This document shows positions 58,516 through 64,000 of a DNA stretch of 64,000 nt, in pieces. The stretch's first letter is position 1. Each line of letters opens with the position of its first letter. Under the pieces are notes generated by a model, which saw only the letters and a program-made list of their open reading frames with translations, made no database searches and was not told the origin of the DNA. The stretch lies in the NCBI RefSeq assembly GCF_009914755.1, contig NC_060929.1; one strand, written 5' to 3'. Source of the stretch: the human T2T-CHM13v2.0 reference genome, Homo sapiens. The position numbers and the translations under genes are program-made.

Positions 58516-59065
58516 AGCCCAATGTCCTCATTTTTCAAACAAGAAATTACTTGTAAATTGACACGCTCAAGAACACAGTAATCTGTTAAATTCTAACTAA
58601 ACTCTCTACTGTGACATTCAGAACTTAATTCTTTTTTTTTTTAAGATGAAAACCATCTTGTTCAAGATTTGGAATGTACTTTGTGTGCTATTTCTAAATC
58701 AGATGAAGACATTCACAAACATAAGGCTTTGCCCATATGCAAAAAGTTTGCATGCATTAAACCACGACATTAAGTATGGTCATGGGAAACACAGTCTTTA
58801 ATTCGCAGAAGATGAGGCACCCACAGAATTAACGTTTCTTGATTGAGTAATATGCACTTAATAAAGTGCAACAATATTAGTCTTAAATGTCAGCTGCAGT
58901 ATCACAAACTATATCATCTTCGATTGGAAGCCCCTCCTCCTGGCTTTCTGTGTGACTTTAGATAGATTTCAGGTCAAAAACTTTTTAAATGTGATAAAAA
59001 AAATTCCTGGAAAATACAGTAGAGTAAAACCATATCACAGAGTCTCCCTTTCCCACAGCTAATAT

Positions 59066-59066
59066 C

Positions 59067-59098
<32 letters not shown>
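59066..59098. repeat. (CAA)11 microsatellite
   Basis: Seen directly. Confidence 0.95.
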
Positions 59099-59267
59099 AG
59101 GTCAAATGAAACTAACAACACTTTTACTGTCAGCAGCTAAAGAAGAAATATGCCCAAATTCCTGACATGTTTGAAAAACAACAGACAAGGAATGAAACGG
59201 AAGAGTGTCATAACCCCTCTTCCCTCAAATGATATAGGGAATGAAAATGATGAGACTCTGACAATTC

Positions 59268-59576
59268 TTTTTTTTTTTTTTTTTTTTTTTTTTCAGACAG
59301 GGTCTCGCTCTTCCACCCAGGCCGGACTGCTGTGGCGCGATCTCGGCCCACTGCAAGCTCCGCCTCCCGGGTTCACGCCATTCTCCCGCCTCAGCCTCTC
59401 TCGAGTAGCTGGGACTACAGGCGCCTGCCACCGCACCCGGCTAATTTTTTGTATTTTTAGTAAAGACGGAGTTTCACCATGTTAGCCAGGATGGTCTAGA
59501 TCTCCTGACCTCGTGATCCGCCTGCCTCGGCCTCCTAAAGTGCTGGGATTACAGGCGTGAGCCATCGCGCCCGGCC
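59268..59576 (-). mobile_element. AluY-family element
   Basis: Full-length and CpG-rich, with Y diagnostics (gcaagctcc, gttagccaggatggtc) plus GCAGTCCGGCC. Long T tract. Confidence 0.9.
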
Positions 59577-60755
59577 GAAATCTGACTATTCCTTCTGAAG
59601 AGCTGAGTTCGTCTTTAGCTTATGGATAAATTAGTTAAAAATTATAGGACTAAAATCCCTACCTACCCACATAACATCGCATTCGAAGAAAAAACAAAAA
59701 CAAAAACAAAAATAAAAAAACAGAAAGGCCCAGTCATTGTGATCTCTACCAGATGGGAGAAAACTGGACAGTGAAGACAGAATTATATCATCACACAGGG
59801 TTAGTTATCCTCAGCATTAAGCACAAAGAACATAAGAACAAAGGATTCTCAGGGAGCAGCAGGCTGGGGTGAAGCCCCTTACAATCACAATAAGGAAGAC
59901 AGACTAATGCTGAGGAATGATGAGACAAATACAGAAAACTAACACCAAGCAAGATTTTCTGATAGCAATGGTGCATCAGGTCCTGTAGCTGAAATGGGAG
60001 CAATCATTCAAATTTCAGGGATATCCTCTTTGAAAAAGAATACTTCCATGACAAGAGGGAGTGATCCTGACACAAAATATGTGAAGAATAACCTGAGAAA
60101 GTACAGAGCTCAGATCCTTTCATCACTGCTGCCCAAATCCCAGCTGTGCTCTTCCTTTCCTCATAGGGGCTCAGAACATAATGCACTTGAAATACCTGGC
60201 TCTCAAACAGGAGCTAGGGAAGGAAAACAATCCCTAGGTAATTCTGAAAGGGAGAAAAGAAAAATTCATCTATACCAAATTAATGCAAAAGCCCATTTCA
60301 AGGAAGCAGAAGACAGAAAGAAATGGGTCGGGAACTATGTACCATACTATAATTTTTTCCTAATACACAAAGCAGATTAAGAAAAGAATACTGCATTGTA
60401 GGAAAAAATAATGAGAAAACAAAAGAAAATTATGCATGATTTCTTTGTATTACAAAGCTATTTGTTAATAAATATATAAGGAAATGAATTCAGTAACAAA
60501 AGGGCTAAATAAAGTCTAAATGATCAAACAAAACAGTGAAATAAAAGAGAAACTTCTAAATAAACTAAAAACAAAGTAAGATATCTTATATGATTATAAA
60601 ACCATTACACTAATTGGCAAAAACAACAGAACAGACACAGCTAAAAAGAATTACTGATAAAGATCAAAAGAAGTAAAGAGTGGATAAAAGATCAAAAGTC
60701 TAAAAAAAGAAATCAATATACTTGAAGTAGAGAACCTAAAAATGGAGAAAAATGA

Positions 60756-61291
60756 CTCGAAGACACAACAGAACATTTCTCCAAAATTAAGGAAGAAGAC
60801 TATCATTCCAAATCAAATGATCACATGCTTTTCACTAAAACTAGTACAGAAAAAAATATATACATGATTATAAAGTAAAAACCCTTTGGGTATCCAGGAA
60901 AAAACAGCAAGTGACTTAGGAGAAGAAAGATCAGGCTAGAGTCAGACTTCTTCATAGCACACACAATGCCAGAAAACAATTGGATCCTATCTACAGAAAT
61001 ATGGAAGGAAAAAGGTACAAACAGCTCAAAGAAACAATAGAACGTTTCTCCAAAATTAAGGAAGAAGTCTATCATTCCAATCAAATGATCACATGCTTTT
61101 CACTAAAACTTATACAGAACAAAAAAAATACATAATTATAAAGTAAAAACTCTTTGAGCATCCAGGAAAAAACAGCAAGTGACTTAGGAGAAGAAAAATC
61201 AGGCTAGAGTCAGACTTCTCCACAACACATTCAATGTCAGAAGATAATTGGATCATATATACAGAAATATGAAGGGAAAAAGGTACAAACA
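60756..61291. repeat. Tandem duplication with a ~269-bp unit inside old L1-like sequence
   Basis: Copy 1 is 60756-61024 and copy 2 is 61025-61291. For example, 'tttctccaaaattaaggaagaag' and 'tccaggaaaaaacagcaagtgacttaggagaagaaa' each occur twice. Confidence 0.92.
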
Positions 61292-61819
61292 CCCAAGTTA
61301 AACTTATCCAAGTTGGAATTTAAGTATAAAGCAACAAATCAACATTATACACAATAAGAAGGCACTCAAGCAGAGCCTAGAAAAATCACTTGACAAAAAT
61401 TGAATCAATCTATAGGTGAGGTGAAAAAAAGCAAAATAAAAGATATCATACTTACTCCCCTTATGGTGGAGAGATAAAAGAGATTGTATAATGTTGGTAA
61501 ATCAAGAAATTGTGGCCTAAGTATTTTAATCAGATTTTAAAATTTTACAAAACAAATGAGATTAGGAAGTGGTTTATATAATGTTGAAAGTAAATCTAAA
61601 ATAATAATTTTTAAAAAATTTTGCACTAATTTTTGTAAGAAGAAAAGCTTTCAAGGAACAAAAATAAGCAGGCAGAAAATTCCTCTTCTTTATGTGCTAT
61701 GACACTTTCTTTGTTCAACATAAATTTAGCTTTTAACTCTTTGAGAAGAAGTGATAGGACAATAAATTATAAAAACATACCCTGACTATTTTTCTAGTTA
61801 CATTTCCTGACTTCCCAGC

Positions 61820-64000
61820 TGATGTGGTTTGGCCATTCCCCACCCAAATCTCACCTTGAATTGTAATAACAAGGGTGGGGCCAGGTGGAGATAACTGAAT
61901 CACAGGGACAGTTTCCCCATACTGTTCTCATGGTAGTGAATAAATCTCAGGAGATCTGATGGTTTTACAAAGGGGAGTTCTCCTGCACAAGCTCTCTTGC
62001 CTGCTGTCTGTAAGACATGACTTTGATCCTCATTCACCTTCTGCCATGATTATGAGGCCTCCCAGACATGTGGAAATGTGAGTCAACTAAACCTTTTTCC
62101 TTTATAAATCACCCAGTCTCAGGTATGTCTTTATTAGTGGCATGAGAACAGACTACTAATACAGTAAATTGTTATCAGATAGTGGGGTGGTGCTGTAAAG
62201 ACACCTGAAAATGTGGAAGAGACTATGGAACTGGGTAACAGGCAGAGGCTGGAACAGTTTGGAGGGCTCAGAAGACAGGAAGATGTGGGAAAGTTTGGAA
62301 CTTCCTGGAGACTTGTTGAATGGATTTGATCAAAAAGTCCAGGCTGAGGTGGTCTCAGATGGAGATGAGGAACTTGTTGGGAACTGGAGTAAATGCCACT
62401 CTTGATATGCACAGATACTGGCAGCATTTTGCCCCTGTCCTAGAGGTCTGTGGAACTTCGAGCTTGAGAGAGATGATTTAGGATATCTGGTGGAAGAACT
62501 TTCTAAGTGGCAAAGCATTCAAGAGGAAGCAGGTCATAAAAGTTTGAAAAAAATTGCAGCCTGACAATGTGATAGAAAAGAAAACACCATTTTCTGGGGA
62601 GAAATTCAAGCCAGCTGTAGAAATTTGCCCAAGTAATGAGGAGCCAAATGTTAATCCCCAAGACAATGGGAAAAATGTCTCCAGGGCATGTCAGAGACCT
62701 TCATGGCAGCCCCTTCCATCACAGGCCTGGAGGTCTGGGAGGAAAAAATGGTTTCCTGGGCCTGGTCCCCAGGCCCCCCACACTCAAACCCCGCTCTATG
62801 CAGCCTTGGGACATAGTGCCCTGCATCTCAGCTGCTCCAGCTCCAGCTGTGGCTAAAAGGGGCCAATGTACAGCTCAGGCTGTTGCTTCAGAGGTTGTAA
62901 GCCCTAAACCTTGGTGGCTTCCACATGGTGTTGGGCCTGTGAGTGCACAGAAGTCAAGAATTGAGGTTTGGGAACTCCACCTAGATTTTAGAGGATGTAT
63001 GCAAATGCCTGGATGTCCAGGCAGAGGTGTGCTGCAGGGGTGGAGCCCTAATGGAGAACCTCTGCTAGGGCAGTGTGGAAGGGAAATGTGGGGTCGCAGC
63101 CCCCACACAGAGTCCCCACTGGGACACTGTCTAGTGGAGCTGTGAGAAGAGGGCCACCATCCTCCAGACCCCAGAATGGTAGATTCACCAACAACAACTT
63201 GTACTGTGTGCCTAGAAAAGCCACAGGCACTCAACACCAGCCCATGAAAGCAGCGTGAGAGGGGCTGTAACCTGCAAAGCTACAGGGGCGGAGCTGCCCA
63301 AGACCATGGGGACCCACCTCTTGCTTCAGCATGACCTGGATGTGAGACATGGAGTCAAAAGGGATCATTATGGAGCTTTAAGATTTGACTGCCCCACTGG
63401 ATTTCAGACTTGCATGAGGCTTGTAGCCCCTTTGTTTTGACCAATTTGTCCCATTTGGAACAGGTGTATTTACCCAATGCCTGCACAACCATTGTATCTA
63501 GGAAGTAACTAACTTGCTTTCAATTTTACAGGCTCCTAGGCAGAAGGGACTTGCCTTGTCTCAGATTAGACTTTGGAATTGGACTTTTAGGTTAATGCTA
63601 GAATGAGCTAAGACTTTGGAGAGTTGTTGGGAAGGCATGATTGTGTTTTGAAATGTGAGGACATGAGATTTGGGAGGAGCCCGGGGCAGAATGATATGGT
63701 TTGGCTGTGTCCCCACCCAAATCTCACTTAGAATTGTAATAATCCCCATGAGTCAACAGCGGGGCTAGGTGAAGATAGCTGAATTATGGGAGCAGTTTTC
63801 CCCATACTGTTCTCATGGTAGTGAATAAGTCTCACAAGATCTGATGGTTTTACAAAGGGGTTTTCTCCTACACAAGCTCTCTTTCCTGCCGCCATTTAAG
63901 ATGTGATTCTGCTCCTCATTTGCCTTCTGCCGTGATTGTGAGGCCTCCCAGCCATGTGGAACTGTGTGTCAATTAAACCTCTTTCCTTTATAAATTACCC
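61820..64000 (+). mobile_element. THE1 (MaLR) element: 5' LTR 61820-62163, internal region 62164-63691, 3' LTR from 63692 running off the window
   Basis: Both LTRs begin TGAT(G/A)TGGTTTGGC...CCCACCCAAATCTCA. The 5' LTR ends ctaataca. THE1-int motifs include 'gaactgggtaacaggcagaggctggaacagtttggagggctcagaagacagg'. Confidence 0.92.

Noticed and set aside
62134-63749. Cluster of ORFs up to 169 aa
   Set aside because: All lie in the THE1 internal region or LTR. They are fragmented remnants or chance frames.

Overview
This is vertebrate, almost certainly human, genomic DNA from inside the fibrillin-2 gene (FBN2), transcribed on the minus strand. Only two coding exons are present. One is a 198-bp exon at 23573-23770 encoding the 9-Cys first hybrid (TB/EGF) domain (probably exon 6). 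The other is a 126-bp exon at 5320-5445 encoding the first calcium-binding EGF domain (probably exon 7). Both are phase 1-1 with canonical AG/GT. The rest is intron, rich in transposons: about nine Alus (one from the AluYb lineage), a decayed full-length ~6.5-kb L1PA, several older L1M/L2/MIR fragments, a MER11 solo LTR, a two-LTR THE1 element, MLT1 and hAT-Charlie MITEs. Apart from the few ORFs overlapping these exons and some L1 ORF remnants, the ORF track is repeat-derived or chance. I see no convincing new gene or new biological system. The most interesting signals are fine-scale mutational footprints: a solo poly(A)56 insertion with a target-site duplication (TSD), an intermediate AluYb element, a templated-insertion repair scar, a truncated Alu with an apparent target deletion, a short L1 3' transduction and a 269-bp tandem duplication. 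There are also testable regulatory and RNA hypotheses (LTRs, inverted repeats around symmetric exons, a motif-dense unique block). Repeat subfamily names come from recalled consensus features and need RepeatMasker/Dfam confirmation. Boundaries of old repeats are approximate.
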